Positions 15,185-23,857 of a stretch of 25,081 nucleotides of DNA are shown one piece after another. Each line of letters opens with the position of its first letter. Position 1 is the stretch's first letter. Made by a program: the position numbers and the translations under genes. Location of the stretch: contig JACPHE010000003.1 of assembly GCA_016188765.1 (NCBI GenBank), forward strand, positions 1-25,081, read 5' to 3'. The notes beneath the pieces are model-generated. The model was not told where the DNA came from, did not search any database, and was given only the letters and a program-made list of their open reading frames with translations. This stretch comes from Parcubacteria group bacterium. Lineage in GTDB: Bacteria > Patescibacteriota > Minisyncoccia > JACQLN01.

Positions 15185-16575
15185 AATTTGCCGGCGGCTT
15201 TTTTGATTCTATTTATTGATTCCTCCCGTCCCAGCACTTCCATTATTTCAAAAGGCCCGGGCGATTTTTCCAGTCCGGTCAGCGCCACTCTTAAGGGCCA
15301 CAGCATTTCTCCTCGGCCCGTCTTGTTGGCTAGAGGCATTATTTCCGTGGCGGTGCTGTCTATGTCAAAAGAATCGCCGCTTAGCTTTTCTAAAATCATC
15401 AATATCGTTTCCAGGTTGTTTTTTGTTTTTTCCGGCGAAGCGCCTTTCCACAGCAACATTTTAGAATCGTATTCTGGCTGATTAAAAATAAAGGCCGACA
15501 GTTGCGCTATTTCGGAAAACTTGTTTAACCGGTCCTGAAACAGATGGGCTATTTTTATGATTTGCTCGTCGCTTGGGCTGTGATCGTTCAAATATGGTTT
15601 TAAATATTGGGCCAGTTCAGCCGGCACCAGTTGTTTTATATGGTAATTGTTTATCGAATCAAGCTTGGTCCCATCAAAAACCGCTCCGGCTTTTTGGACC
15701 CTCGCCAGGTCAAATTCTTTTATTAGATCCTCCAGGCCGAATATCTCTCTGTTGTCGGCGGGATGCCAACCCAAGAGAGCCATAAAATTAACCAGCGCTT
15801 GAGGCAGATACCCGGCATTTTTATATTCGGTAACAGCTGTTCCGCCCGCTACGCCTAAGCGAGGCGAGCCGTGCCGTTTAGATAATTTAGATCTGTCTTT
15901 TGCCAGAATCAAAGGCACATGGGCGTAGTCGGGCCGTTTAAAACCCAAGGCCTCTTGTATTAAAATTTGTTTGGGCGTGTTAGAAAGATGATCTTCCCCT
16001 CTTATAACATGAGAGATTTCGGTGTCGTGATCGTCCGCCGCCGCCGCAAAGTTATAGAGCGGGGTGTTTAAGTTTTTGGCCAGCACAATATCGCCTAAAA
16101 GTTCCGAATCAAATGTTACCTCGCCACGGATAATGTCGTTAAACACTATTTTTTTATTTTGGTTTTTCAAACGAATGACCCCGCCGGCCAAGGATTTATC
16201 TTTATGGTCGCAATTGTGTTTTAAAACGGTTTTATTAGTTTGCTGTTCTTTTTGTTCGCCGGCCAATTCTTCGGCGCTGTGGCGGCAATAAAAGGCCTTG
16301 CCTTCACCCAAAAGTTTTTCCAAGTATTCTCTATGGACCGGAGATCTTTCCCGCTGATAGATAATTTCACCGTCCCAGTTTAAGCCCAGCCATTTTAAAT
16401 TTCCCAAAATATCCAGTTCGTATTCTTTTTTGGAGCGCTCCAGATCCGTGTTTTCAATCCGCAGCAAAAACTCGCCGTGGTATTTTTTGGCGAATAAATA
16501 ATTAAAGAGCGCCGTACGGGCGTTGCCGATATGCATATAGCCGGTGGGGCTGGGCGCGATGCGGGTTTTTATCAT
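15181..16575 (-). CDS. gltX: Glutamate--tRNA ligase
   Basis: TRIAPSPTGYMHIGNARTALFN (HIGH-type), LRIENTD, HVIRGEDHLSNT, KLSKRHG (KMSKS-type). Confidence 0.96.
   Translation of the reverse strand: MIKTRIAPSPTGYMHIGNARTALFNYLFAKKYHGEFLLRIENTDLERSKKEYELDILGNLKWLGLNWDGEIIYQRERSPVHREYLEKLLGEGKAFYCRHSAEELAGEQKEQQTNKTVLKHNCDHKDKSLAGGVIRLKNQNKKIVFNDIIRGEVTFDSELLGDIVLAKNLNTPLYNFAAAADDHDTEISHVIRGEDHLSNTPKQILIQEALGFKRPDYAHVPLILAKDRSKLSKRHGSPRLGVAGGTAVTEYKNAGYLPQALVNFMALLGWHPADNREIFGLEDLIKEFDLARVQKAGAVFDGTKLDSINNYHIKQLVPAELAQYLKPYLNDHSPSDEQIIKIAHLFQDRLNKFSEIAQLSAFIFNQPEYDSKMLLWKGASPEKTKNNLETILMILEKLSGDSFDIDSTATEIMPLANKTGRGEMLWPLRVALTGLEKSPGPFEIMEVLGREESINRIKKAAGKL
15844..15869. repeat. Short palindromic element in frame within gltX
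   Basis: GCCCGCTACGCCTAAGCGAGGCGAGC shares its termini with 11533-11564 and adds SPRLGVAGG after KLSKRHG. Confidence 0.7.
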
Positions 16576-16674
16576 TAGTTCTTGGTTATTAGTTTAAAGT
16601 TTTGGTTTTTTAGTTCTTGGTTTAAGTTTAACTGTAACTAACAACTGCAAACTATAACCATAAACTAAAAACTA
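16576..16674. repeat. 7-nt-period inverted-repeat cassette between murG and gltX
   Basis: TAGTTCT TGGTTAT TAGTTTA AAGTTTT ... then AACTAAC AACTGCA AACTATA ACCATAA ACTAAAA ACTA. Confidence 0.75.
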
Positions 16675-17658
16675 TTAACTATTGGCTAAATTTAATAGAA
16701 TTTTAGCCAGTTCTTCTCCTGCGTCTATTTTAGCAAACTCTTTGGCTTTTTGGCTCATGGCGGCTAGCAGATTTGAATCAGAAAGAGTTTTATTTAGGGT
16801 TTCAAAGAGCTTTTGCGCCGTTAAACCGGACTCTTCCAAAATAATCGCCGCGCCAGTATCGGCATATATTTTTGCGTTGTGGGGCTGGTCTCCACCCTTC
16901 CGCTCAAGTGGGATTAAAATGGATGGCTTCCCAAAAGCGGCCAGTTCAAATATGGTGCCGGCTCCGGCTCGTCCTACAGCGAGGTCGCACAATGTATAGG
17001 CGGCGGCCAATTCTTTTTCGGAAAACAAGGCCGATATTAGGAGATTGTTTTTACCCGCCGTTTTTGACCGGAGGTCTTGGTGATTACTAGAGCCGACACT
17101 CCAAATTATAAAATATGATTCCAGCAGACCGGGCAGCGCTCTTAAAATTATATTGTTGATTCTTTGCGCTCCCTGCGATCCCCCGCTTATGAAGACAATC
17201 TTGCGGTTGACCTTGATTGCTAATATGGTTTCAGCTTCGTCTTTGGTTAAGCCGATATATTTGAGCCGGACTGGATTCCCTACTACATGGGTATTTTCCT
17301 TGGGAAATAATTTTCCGGTCTCCTCAAAAGCCAGCGCGACATGGTTTGTAAATTTAGAAAGAAACTTATTGGCGAGTCCGGGAACGGCGTCGGATTCGTG
17401 AAGGACTATTTTTTTTCTTAAAACCCAAGCGGCTAGAACGGGCCAAATGCTGCCATAGCTCCCCTTCCCCAAAACAGCGTCGGGATTTATGCTCGCGACT
17501 ATTATTAAGGACTGAATGAAAGCTAGTGGAATCTTGAACGGCTCCAGCAAATTAAGCCACGAAAAATACCGCCTCATTTTCCCGGCGGCGATTATTTTTT
17601 TTACCACTATCCCCTCTATTCTTAACGGAAAACATGCCCCCCCGTCCCCCCGCCGCAA
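16675..17658 (-). CDS. murG: MurG glycosyltransferase, main portion (true start is out of frame; see the 5' fragment)
   Basis: AGKMRRYF, PDAVLGKGSYGS, HESDAVPGLANK, GNPVR, GGSQGAQRIN, GRAGAGTIFE, DQPHNA. The listed TTG start is not the real N-terminus. Confidence 0.9.
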   Translation of the reverse strand: MRRGDGGACFPLRIEGIVVKKIIAAGKMRRYFSWLNLLEPFKIPLAFIQSLIIVASINPDAVLGKGSYGSIWPVLAAWVLRKKIVLHESDAVPGLANKFLSKFTNHVALAFEETGKLFPKENTHVVGNPVRLKYIGLTKDEAETILAIKVNRKIVFISGGSQGAQRINNIILRALPGLLESYFIIWSVGSSNHQDLRSKTAGKNNLLISALFSEKELAAAYTLCDLAVGRAGAGTIFELAAFGKPSILIPLERKGGDQPHNAKIYADTGAAIILEESGLTAQKLFETLNKTLSDSNLLAAMSQKAKEFAKIDAGEELAKILLNLANS

Positions 17659-17681
17659 AGTAATACCTTAATTTTACTCAT
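17622..17681 (-). pseudogene. murG: murG 5' fragment MSKIKVLLCGGGTGGHVFR*, out of frame with the rest of the gene
   Basis: ATG 17681 gives the hallmark GGGTGGH loop and hits TAA at 17624-17622. The next conserved block (EGIVVKKI) is in another frame, with about 30 residues missing. Confidence 0.8.
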
Positions 17682-17726
17682 CACAGTATTATATAACCGT
17701 TTTTGTGTTTTTTGATACTTTGCCGT

Positions 17727-18824
17727 TTATCTACCGCGAGCCACATTGGCCACTATACCCACGGCGGCGAGTTCTATCAACAGCGCGCTGCCGCCGTAAC
17801 TGATAAAGGGCAAGGGTATGCCCGAAAAAGGAACCAGGCCTAAAATTCCCAAAATATTTATAAAGGCCTGCAGGCCGATCCAAATCACCACCCCCAAAGT
17901 TAAATACCGGCCGTAAATATGTTTGGCCGCGGCGGCCAATTTTAGTCCGGCCAGCACCCAGATAAGATACAAAAAAAGAACAAAACCGGCGCCAACCAAT
18001 CCCAGCTCTTCAGAAATTACCGCGAAGACGGAGTCCCCTATTGTTTCCGGCAGGTAATTATATTTTTGGATGCCCTTGCCCAGGCCCAAGCCAAAAACAC
18101 CCCCCGAACCGATGGTGATTAAGGCCTGGTTGGACTGATAGCTCCGGCCAGCGGTATCTTCTTGCGGGTCAAGAAACGACAAGAATCTTTCCCGGCGGTA
18201 CGGCTCGGCCGCGATAAGAACGGTTAAAACCAAAACGCCGGCCAAACCCACGGCCAGAATTGTTTTTGCTTTAGCGCCGGCGCTAAAATACATTCCCAAA
18301 GATATGGCCGATATTATTAAAAATGTCCCCAGATCCGGTTCTATAAGCACCAGCCCGCCTATTACGCCCAGCCAAAACAAAAAAGGCAGCAACATAAGCG
18401 GATTTTTTATCTTATCTTTTTTTGATTCCAGCCAATAAGCCAAATATATTATTATGGCCAGTTTTGCAAGTTCCGAAGGTTGGAAAGAAAATCCCAATAC
18501 GCCCAGCCATCTTTTAGCGCCGCCGGATTCATATCCGAGCCCGGGAACAAATACGGCCGCCAAAAGCAAGACCGCCAAAAGCACCGCCCCCAGGGAAAAC
18601 TTTTTCAGGCGGTGATAGTTAAACCTATAAAAAAATAAAAAAGCCAAAATACCCAAACCAAAGCCATAGATTATCTGGTGCCTAAAATAATAAAAACTCT
18701 CGCCAAAATTAGCTTGCGAGAGCGGAATTGAGGCATTAGTTATAACGGCGAGCCCCAAAAGCGCCAAAATAGCGGTGGTTAGCAAAAAAACAGAAAAAGA
18801 TTTACTGCCTTCGGTTCGGCGCAT
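17727..18824 (-). CDS. ftsW: FtsW/RodA (SEDS) peptidoglycan polymerase, FtsW by context
   Basis: GGAKRWL, SFQPSELAK, EPDLGT, YQSNQALITIGSGG, LPETIGDSVFAVISEELG, GIPLPFISYGGS. Adjacent to murG. Confidence 0.93.
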   Translation of the reverse strand: MRRTEGSKSFSVFLLTTAILALLGLAVITNASIPLSQANFGESFYYFRHQIIYGFGLGILAFLFFYRFNYHRLKKFSLGAVLLAVLLLAAVFVPGLGYESGGAKRWLGVLGFSFQPSELAKLAIIIYLAYWLESKKDKIKNPLMLLPFLFWLGVIGGLVLIEPDLGTFLIISAISLGMYFSAGAKAKTILAVGLAGVLVLTVLIAAEPYRRERFLSFLDPQEDTAGRSYQSNQALITIGSGGVFGLGLGKGIQKYNYLPETIGDSVFAVISEELGLVGAGFVLFLYLIWVLAGLKLAAAAKHIYGRYLTLGVVIWIGLQAFINILGILGLVPFSGIPLPFISYGGSALLIELAAVGIVANVARGR

Positions 18825-18839
18825 ATTTATGATGTCTAG

Positions 18840-20414
18840 CTATTTACGGATAACCCGGCCGGCTGGTATTTGTTGATATTGGCCCGATTTTACGGCCAGT
18901 TTTCCGTTTATTATGACATGGCTGATGCCTTCGGGGTGGCGATAGGGGTTGGCGTAGCTAGCCGCGTCCTTGATTTTTTCCGCGTCAAAAACAACTACAT
19001 CGGCAAAATTATTTTTGGCGATAACCCCTCTATTTTTTAGGCCTAACCATTCGGCTGGCCGGCCCGACATTTTAAATACGGCCTCTTCCAGGGTCAGGAT
19101 TTTTTTCTCTCTGACATAACGCCCCAACACTCGAGCGGTGCTTCCAAATGAACGGGGGTGGGAGACCGAACTTTTCTGATTATCCAAATGGCCATAGCCG
19201 GAACCGTCGGTGGCGACCATAGCCAGAGGGTGTTTTATAAGCGCTTCCAAAATTTCTTCTTCGAGGTCGTGCCAAAAGACCGTTACCTGGTCCCGAGCCG
19301 CGCTCAACAGATTAAGTATGGCCTCCCCGCCGCTTACATTTTGGTCTTGGGCTATTTGGGCTATATCGCGGCCCACAAAATTATGGCCCAAGGAACTAGA
19401 CGCGATTGTTATTTTTGAATAAGGGTAATTCCGGCCCTCCATATCGCGAATAATGTCTTGGCGGATAGCCGGGGTCTTGATTCGTTTAATGAGCTCGGCC
19501 TTGCCGCCCAAAGTAGCCCATTCCGGAAGCAAAAGATAAAGCACTGTGGCCGAGGCCAAATATGGGTAAACATCAAAATAAATCGGCGCGCCGTCGCGAT
19601 TGGCTATTTCCAGCATACGGATCAGCTTCTCGGCTCCGGCGATATTTTTCTCGCCCAATATTTTTAAATGGCTTATTTTTGATTTTACCGGAACATAACG
19701 CAAAAAATTAAAAACCTCGTTTACGGCGGCGTATATTTCTGTGTCTTCGTTGCGCAAATGGAACGAGACGCCGCCTCCGCCGGTTTGAACCACTCTCAAC
19801 AGGCGGAGTATTTCTTCTTCGGCGGCCAATCTTTCATGGCTGTAGGCGAGGCCGATGGAAAGCCCGAAAGCGCCTTCCTGCAAAGATCTTATTAACAAAG
19901 CGGCTATCTGCCGTTCTTCTTGGGGTGTTAACGGCCGCGAGGATTCGCCTACAAAGTCCCGTCTTATAGTGGCATGACCCACCAAAGTGGTTAAATTAAC
20001 GCCAAGTTCCCGCCGCGACACGGTTTCCAAAAATTCGGCCATACTGGTCCAGTTTATGTTAACCCCAGCCACCTCGGTCCATTTTTGAATAGAGGCCAAA
20101 GAGCCCTTTACCAAAGGCGCCAATGAAGAGCCGCATTGGCCAATTAAAATCGTAGTTATCCCCTGCCGGACCATACTCTCAAGATGAGGATCGGAAAGCA
20201 GGCCGCCGTAACTATCGGAATGATTTTGAATATCAACAAACCCGGGCGAGACAATTTGTCCCAAAGCGTCAATTTCTATTTTGCTTTTGGCCTTGGCTAA
20301 ATTGCCGATGTCAAAAATCTTGTCGCCCGATACGCCCACATCGGACCGAAAAGCCGGCCGCTTGCCCGTGCCATCCGCCACCATGCCATTTTTTATCAAA
20401 ACATCAAATACCAT
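18840..20414 (-). CDS. N-acyl-D-amino-acid deacylase (D-aminoacylase) family amidohydrolase
   Basis: DVLIKNGMVADGTG, SPGFVDIQNHSD, QGITTILIGQCG, FHLRNE, ISHLK, ATDG, HPRSFGS, LEEAVFKMS, ADVVVFD. Confidence 0.85.
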   Translation of the reverse strand: MVFDVLIKNGMVADGTGKRPAFRSDVGVSGDKIFDIGNLAKAKSKIEIDALGQIVSPGFVDIQNHSDSYGGLLSDPHLESMVRQGITTILIGQCGSSLAPLVKGSLASIQKWTEVAGVNINWTSMAEFLETVSRRELGVNLTTLVGHATIRRDFVGESSRPLTPQEERQIAALLIRSLQEGAFGLSIGLAYSHERLAAEEEILRLLRVVQTGGGGVSFHLRNEDTEIYAAVNEVFNFLRYVPVKSKISHLKILGEKNIAGAEKLIRMLEIANRDGAPIYFDVYPYLASATVLYLLLPEWATLGGKAELIKRIKTPAIRQDIIRDMEGRNYPYSKITIASSSLGHNFVGRDIAQIAQDQNVSGGEAILNLLSAARDQVTVFWHDLEEEILEALIKHPLAMVATDGSGYGHLDNQKSSVSHPRSFGSTARVLGRYVREKKILTLEEAVFKMSGRPAEWLGLKNRGVIAKNNFADVVVFDAEKIKDAASYANPYRHPEGISHVIINGKLAVKSGQYQQIPAGRVIRK

Positions 20415-20432
20415 GCCTATATTTTAACATAA

Positions 20433-21479
20433 TTATCTTCCCAAAAGTTGAATTACGATGCCGATAACGGCCATGACGCTGGAAATTATCCAAAATCTTT
20501 CGGTAACTTTGGTTTCGGGCCAACCCCGGGCCTGAAAGTGGTGATGAATGGGCGCGGAAAGAAAAACTTTTTTGCCGCCGCGAAGTTTCTTGCTTAAAAC
20601 CTGAATTATCACCGAAATCGATTCCACCATAGGCACAAAGGCCATAAACGGTAAAACCAAGGCGGCATTGGTTAAAAGAGCTATCACCGCCAAAGTTACG
20701 CCCAAAGCCATAGCGCCGGTGTCGCCCATAAAGAACCTGGCGGGATGAATGTTAAACCACAAAAAAGATAACAGTCCGCCCACTATTACGGCGCAAAAAA
20801 CAGCCAAATCGTAACGGCCTTCAAAAAAAGCTATCACGCCGTAGCCGGCAAAAGCCGTCAGCATTAGCCCGCCGGCGAGGCCATCCAAGCCGTCAGATTC
20901 GTTTACCGAAAAAGAAGTGGCTATGATTACAAAAATGGAGAATGGGATAAACCAGCCATTGATGTTGAATGCGCCCAAGAAAGGTATTTTTATCACATCC
21001 CATTCCAGTTTAAAGTGAAACCATAAGGCCGCTATCACCGCAACTGTGGCGTAAAGAACCAAGCGATGGCGCATTTTTAGCCCGCCGCCGTTAGGGCCTA
21101 TTCTAAAAATACCCAATAAATCGTCGCCCAAACCAATGAGGGCCGAAAAAATTAAAGCGCCCAAAGGCAAAAGTGTTTGCGGGCGGGAAAGAAAACTGAA
21201 TTTGGCCAAAACCCCTCCCGGCATGGCCTTTTCAATCAATCCCAGTATTAGAATTAAAATTAAAACAGTTAACCAAACAATAACCCCGCCCATGGTGGGC
21301 GTGCCCTCTTTGTTTTTATGCAGTGAAGCAAAAATCGGCGCGCCCTCGGTGCGGATTTGCTTGCCTAGGCGGTATTTGTATAAAATATTAGCCCACCACG
21401 GAGTCAGCAGCATGGAAAGCGCAAAGGCCCCAAAAGCCAGAATCAGAACGCGCGCCACTTGAAATGTGATTTCATCCAT
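20433..21479 (-). CDS. mraY: Phospho-N-acetylmuramoyl-pentapeptide transferase
   Basis: HKNKEGTPTMGG, GLGDD, NESDGLDGLA, FNIHPARFFMGDTG, APIHHHF, ETKVTERFW. Start placed at MDEI because upstream codons fall in the repeat cassette. Confidence 0.96.
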   Translation of the reverse strand: MDEITFQVARVLILAFGAFALSMLLTPWWANILYKYRLGKQIRTEGAPIFASLHKNKEGTPTMGGVIVWLTVLILILILGLIEKAMPGGVLAKFSFLSRPQTLLPLGALIFSALIGLGDDLLGIFRIGPNGGGLKMRHRLVLYATVAVIAALWFHFKLEWDVIKIPFLGAFNINGWFIPFSIFVIIATSFSVNESDGLDGLAGGLMLTAFAGYGVIAFFEGRYDLAVFCAVIVGGLLSFLWFNIHPARFFMGDTGAMALGVTLAVIALLTNAALVLPFMAFVPMVESISVIIQVLSKKLRGGKKVFLSAPIHHHFQARGWPETKVTERFWIISSVMAVIGIVIQLLGR

Positions 21480-21543
21480 AATTTGATAAGTCCCAAGAAC
21501 CAAATAACAAATTATTTTTTTGATATTTGGGATTTGTCATTTG
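21480..21543. repeat. 7-nt-period inverted-repeat cassette upstream of mraY
   Basis: Minus strand: TAA CAAATGA CAAATCC CAAATAT CAAA...TTTGTTA TTTGGTT CTTGGGA CTT...ATG. Confidence 0.75.
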
Positions 21544-22539
21544 TTATTTCTCAATCGGCCATTCCCAGGCCCGGTTAACCCATTCGATTAACCTTCTGGT
21601 TTCATTTTCCCTGTCCTCGGCGCCCAGGATAAGATATATTATCTCGGTATTGTTGGGCCCGTAAATCAACAGCGCCATATTCCCCAGCGCTCTTGCGGTA
21701 TAGCCGGTTTTTCCCCCGATAACATTGGTATATTCATCTAAAAAAGGGTTGGTGCTTTTAAAATCGTGCGCGGCCACTTGGTTTTGCGATTCGGCCTGAT
21801 AATTTTTTTGTCTTAAAAGATCCCAAACCAAAAAGTAGTTAGGATTGGTTCGGAGGTATTTTATAAACTTAGCCAGGTCGTCGGCGGTGCTGAAGGACTT
21901 TATATCTTCCAGACCCGCGGGATCGGTGAAATTGGTATGCACCAAGCCCAAGTCATTAAACTTTTGATTCATGGCTCTAACAAAAGCCCTCACTGGAGTG
22001 GCGTTGGATTCGGGGTTGGCGGATAGTTTAGCGCCGACATGTTCGGCCAAGGCGTAAGCCGCGTCATTTGATGATTCTAAAAGAGCCGCGGCCAGAAGGT
22101 CTTTAACCGTCAAAATTTCGCCCTCCCGCAAGTTGCCGCTGTTGCCGTCTTTTTTTATGGCCTCCAAAGACACGACTATATTTTCTTGCGGTTGGACATA
22201 ATCCAAAACAATGGCCGCCGTAATCAGTTTTGTTAAGGAAGCTATCGGCCGCGCGGCGCTTGTTTCTTTGGTAAAAAAATAAAAGTCCTCTTTAAAATCC
22301 CAAGCCAGAGCCGAAACGGCGGCTGATTGAAAATCGGGAATTTCAAATTTTCTTAGGGGTAATTTCTTCTTTTCTGTATCTTTAGAAGCGGAGGCCAGCG
22401 ACAATCTTAAGGCGGGTTTGCTAAAATATTCACCAATATTCGCGGCGGTCATTGCTTCTGGAGTGCCCAGCTGATACGAAAGCAACAAAAGCGGCAGAAC
22501 GATAAAAAACGATATTATTATGTTAAAAGTCGGCTTCAT
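21544..22539 (-). CDS. D-alanyl-D-alanine carboxypeptidase (peptidase S11)
   Basis: SxxK (ASLTK), SxN (SSND), KTG (GGKTGYT) and an N-terminal hydrophobic anchor. ATG at 22539. Confidence 0.9.
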   Translation of the reverse strand: MKPTFNIIISFFIVLPLLLLSYQLGTPEAMTAANIGEYFSKPALRLSLASASKDTEKKKLPLRKFEIPDFQSAAVSALAWDFKEDFYFFTKETSAARPIASLTKLITAAIVLDYVQPQENIVVSLEAIKKDGNSGNLREGEILTVKDLLAAALLESSNDAAYALAEHVGAKLSANPESNATPVRAFVRAMNQKFNDLGLVHTNFTDPAGLEDIKSFSTADDLAKFIKYLRTNPNYFLVWDLLRQKNYQAESQNQVAAHDFKSTNPFLDEYTNVIGGKTGYTARALGNMALLIYGPNNTEIIYLILGAEDRENETRRLIEWVNRAWEWPIEK

Positions 22540-22541
22540 TA

Positions 22542-23084
22542 TCAAATGACCGGAGAAATTATTTTCTCCACATTGCTTATTTCTTGCTTGTGTTCGATAT
22601 ATCTAGGCAAATCCTCTCGTTGTTCCAAACCCAGTTTTCTTAAAGCGGCCAAGGATATTTCGTAACTGGCCGGTTTGGAAAGCTCGTTCTTTTCCACCAA
22701 ACCGCGAGCCATAAGATTCCTTAAAACATAGGTTGAATTGACGCCTCTTATGGACTCAATCCCATGTTTTGTTATAGGACCGCGATAGGCCGCCAAGGCC
22801 AAGACCTCCAAGCCGGCCGGAGTCAGTTCTTGCTGCATCTCGCTTTTTATCAATTTTTCTATATAGGCCGAAGCAACCGTGTCGGCCACCAATTGCCATT
22901 CATTATTTTTAGAAATAAGCCGAATACCTCTTTGGGATAAAGCCGTTTTAATATTATTTAAAGCCAGGTTTATATCCGCGGCCTTTTTTTTAACCACGCC
23001 CTCTAATTTTTTTAAGCTTATGGGTTCGCCGTAAGCAAATAATAAGCCCTCCAGTATTTGTTCTAAATTTGTTGGATTAGCCAT
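22542..23084 (-). CDS. scpB: SMC segregation and condensation protein B
   Basis: LEGLLFAYGEPI, LEVLALAAYRGPITKHGIESIRGVNS..LRNLMARGLV. Follows scpA. Confidence 0.93.
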   Translation of the reverse strand: MANPTNLEQILEGLLFAYGEPISLKKLEGVVKKKAADINLALNNIKTALSQRGIRLISKNNEWQLVADTVASAYIEKLIKSEMQQELTPAGLEVLALAAYRGPITKHGIESIRGVNSTYVLRNLMARGLVEKNELSKPASYEISLAALRKLGLEQREDLPRYIEHKQEISNVEKIISPVI

Positions 23085-23770
23085 TTTAGTTTTATCTCTT
23101 CAAAATTATACCTCTGTTCGGCTTGTATTTTCGACCGCTTTAATAATTCCAATACAGAAAGAAACGCCACTATTTTTTCTTCGGGATTGGGGCTAAGCGC
23201 GATTTCCGAAAAGTTTAGTTGAACCCTATTTTTAAGGGCTGATTCCATCTCGGCCAGTTTTTGCTCTAAAGATATTTTTTCCACCAGGCGGGCTTGGGGT
23301 ATCCTTTGAGGCAAAGTTATGGATCCCAAAAGATTTTCTAGGGCTTGGCTTAAATGTTCCGCCGCCAGTTTTTTGGGGAAATAGAAAACAGGTTTAAGGC
23401 CGGCGAGGTATGAGCGTTCGTAAAAACGGTTTCCCATTTTATCCAATTTGTTTATCAAACGCGATAATTCTTTATATTTTTTATATTCGGCCAGCTGTTC
23501 TTTAAGGCCTTCAATATCTTTTTCTTCGTCGTCCGAGAGTTTAAGAAAAGGCAGCAGGGCGCGCGATTTAATTAGGGCCAGCCGACCGGCTACGGTCAAA
23601 AAATCAGCCGTGTCTTGCATGGTGAGCCGCCCGGAATTTTTTAGATAATTTAAAAACTGTCCAGCCACTTCGGCTAAAGAAATCTCGGTAATGTCCAATT
23701 TTTTTGCTTCTATCAATTGGTGCAGCAGATCCAGTGGGCCTTCAAAGTTGGTTAGTTTGATGTGATACAT
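23063..23770 (-). CDS. scpA: SMC segregation and condensation protein A (kleisin)
   Basis: FEGPLDLLHQLI, LDITEISLA, LALIKSRALLP, VAFLSVLELLK, QRYNFEEI. Confidence 0.95.
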   Translation of the reverse strand: MYHIKLTNFEGPLDLLHQLIEAKKLDITEISLAEVAGQFLNYLKNSGRLTMQDTADFLTVAGRLALIKSRALLPFLKLSDDEEKDIEGLKEQLAEYKKYKELSRLINKLDKMGNRFYERSYLAGLKPVFYFPKKLAAEHLSQALENLLGSITLPQRIPQARLVEKISLEQKLAEMESALKNRVQLNFSEIALSPNPEEKIVAFLSVLELLKRSKIQAEQRYNFEEIKLKWLIQQI

Positions 23771-23857
23771 AATTCCGGAAAACTCGGAATAACTCAGAAT
23801 GTCAGAGTATCTGATTATCAGATGTTCTGATTTCTCTGACCCGCCGAGTTTTCCGAG
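23771..23857. repeat. ~9-nt-period inverted-repeat cassette between aspS and scpA
   Basis: Arms CGGAAAACTCGG / CCGAGTTTTCCG, ACTCGGAAA-type units and a central palindrome ATCTGAT-T-ATCAGAT. Confidence 0.7.

Noticed and set aside
17600-17681. Programmed frameshifting as a rescue for murG or aspS
   Set aside because: A frame change alone cannot restore the missing conserved 30-45 residues.
2367-23857. CRISPR array interpretation of the periodic repeats
   Set aside because: Units are 7-10 nt, degenerate and adjacent, with no unique spacers and no cas genes.
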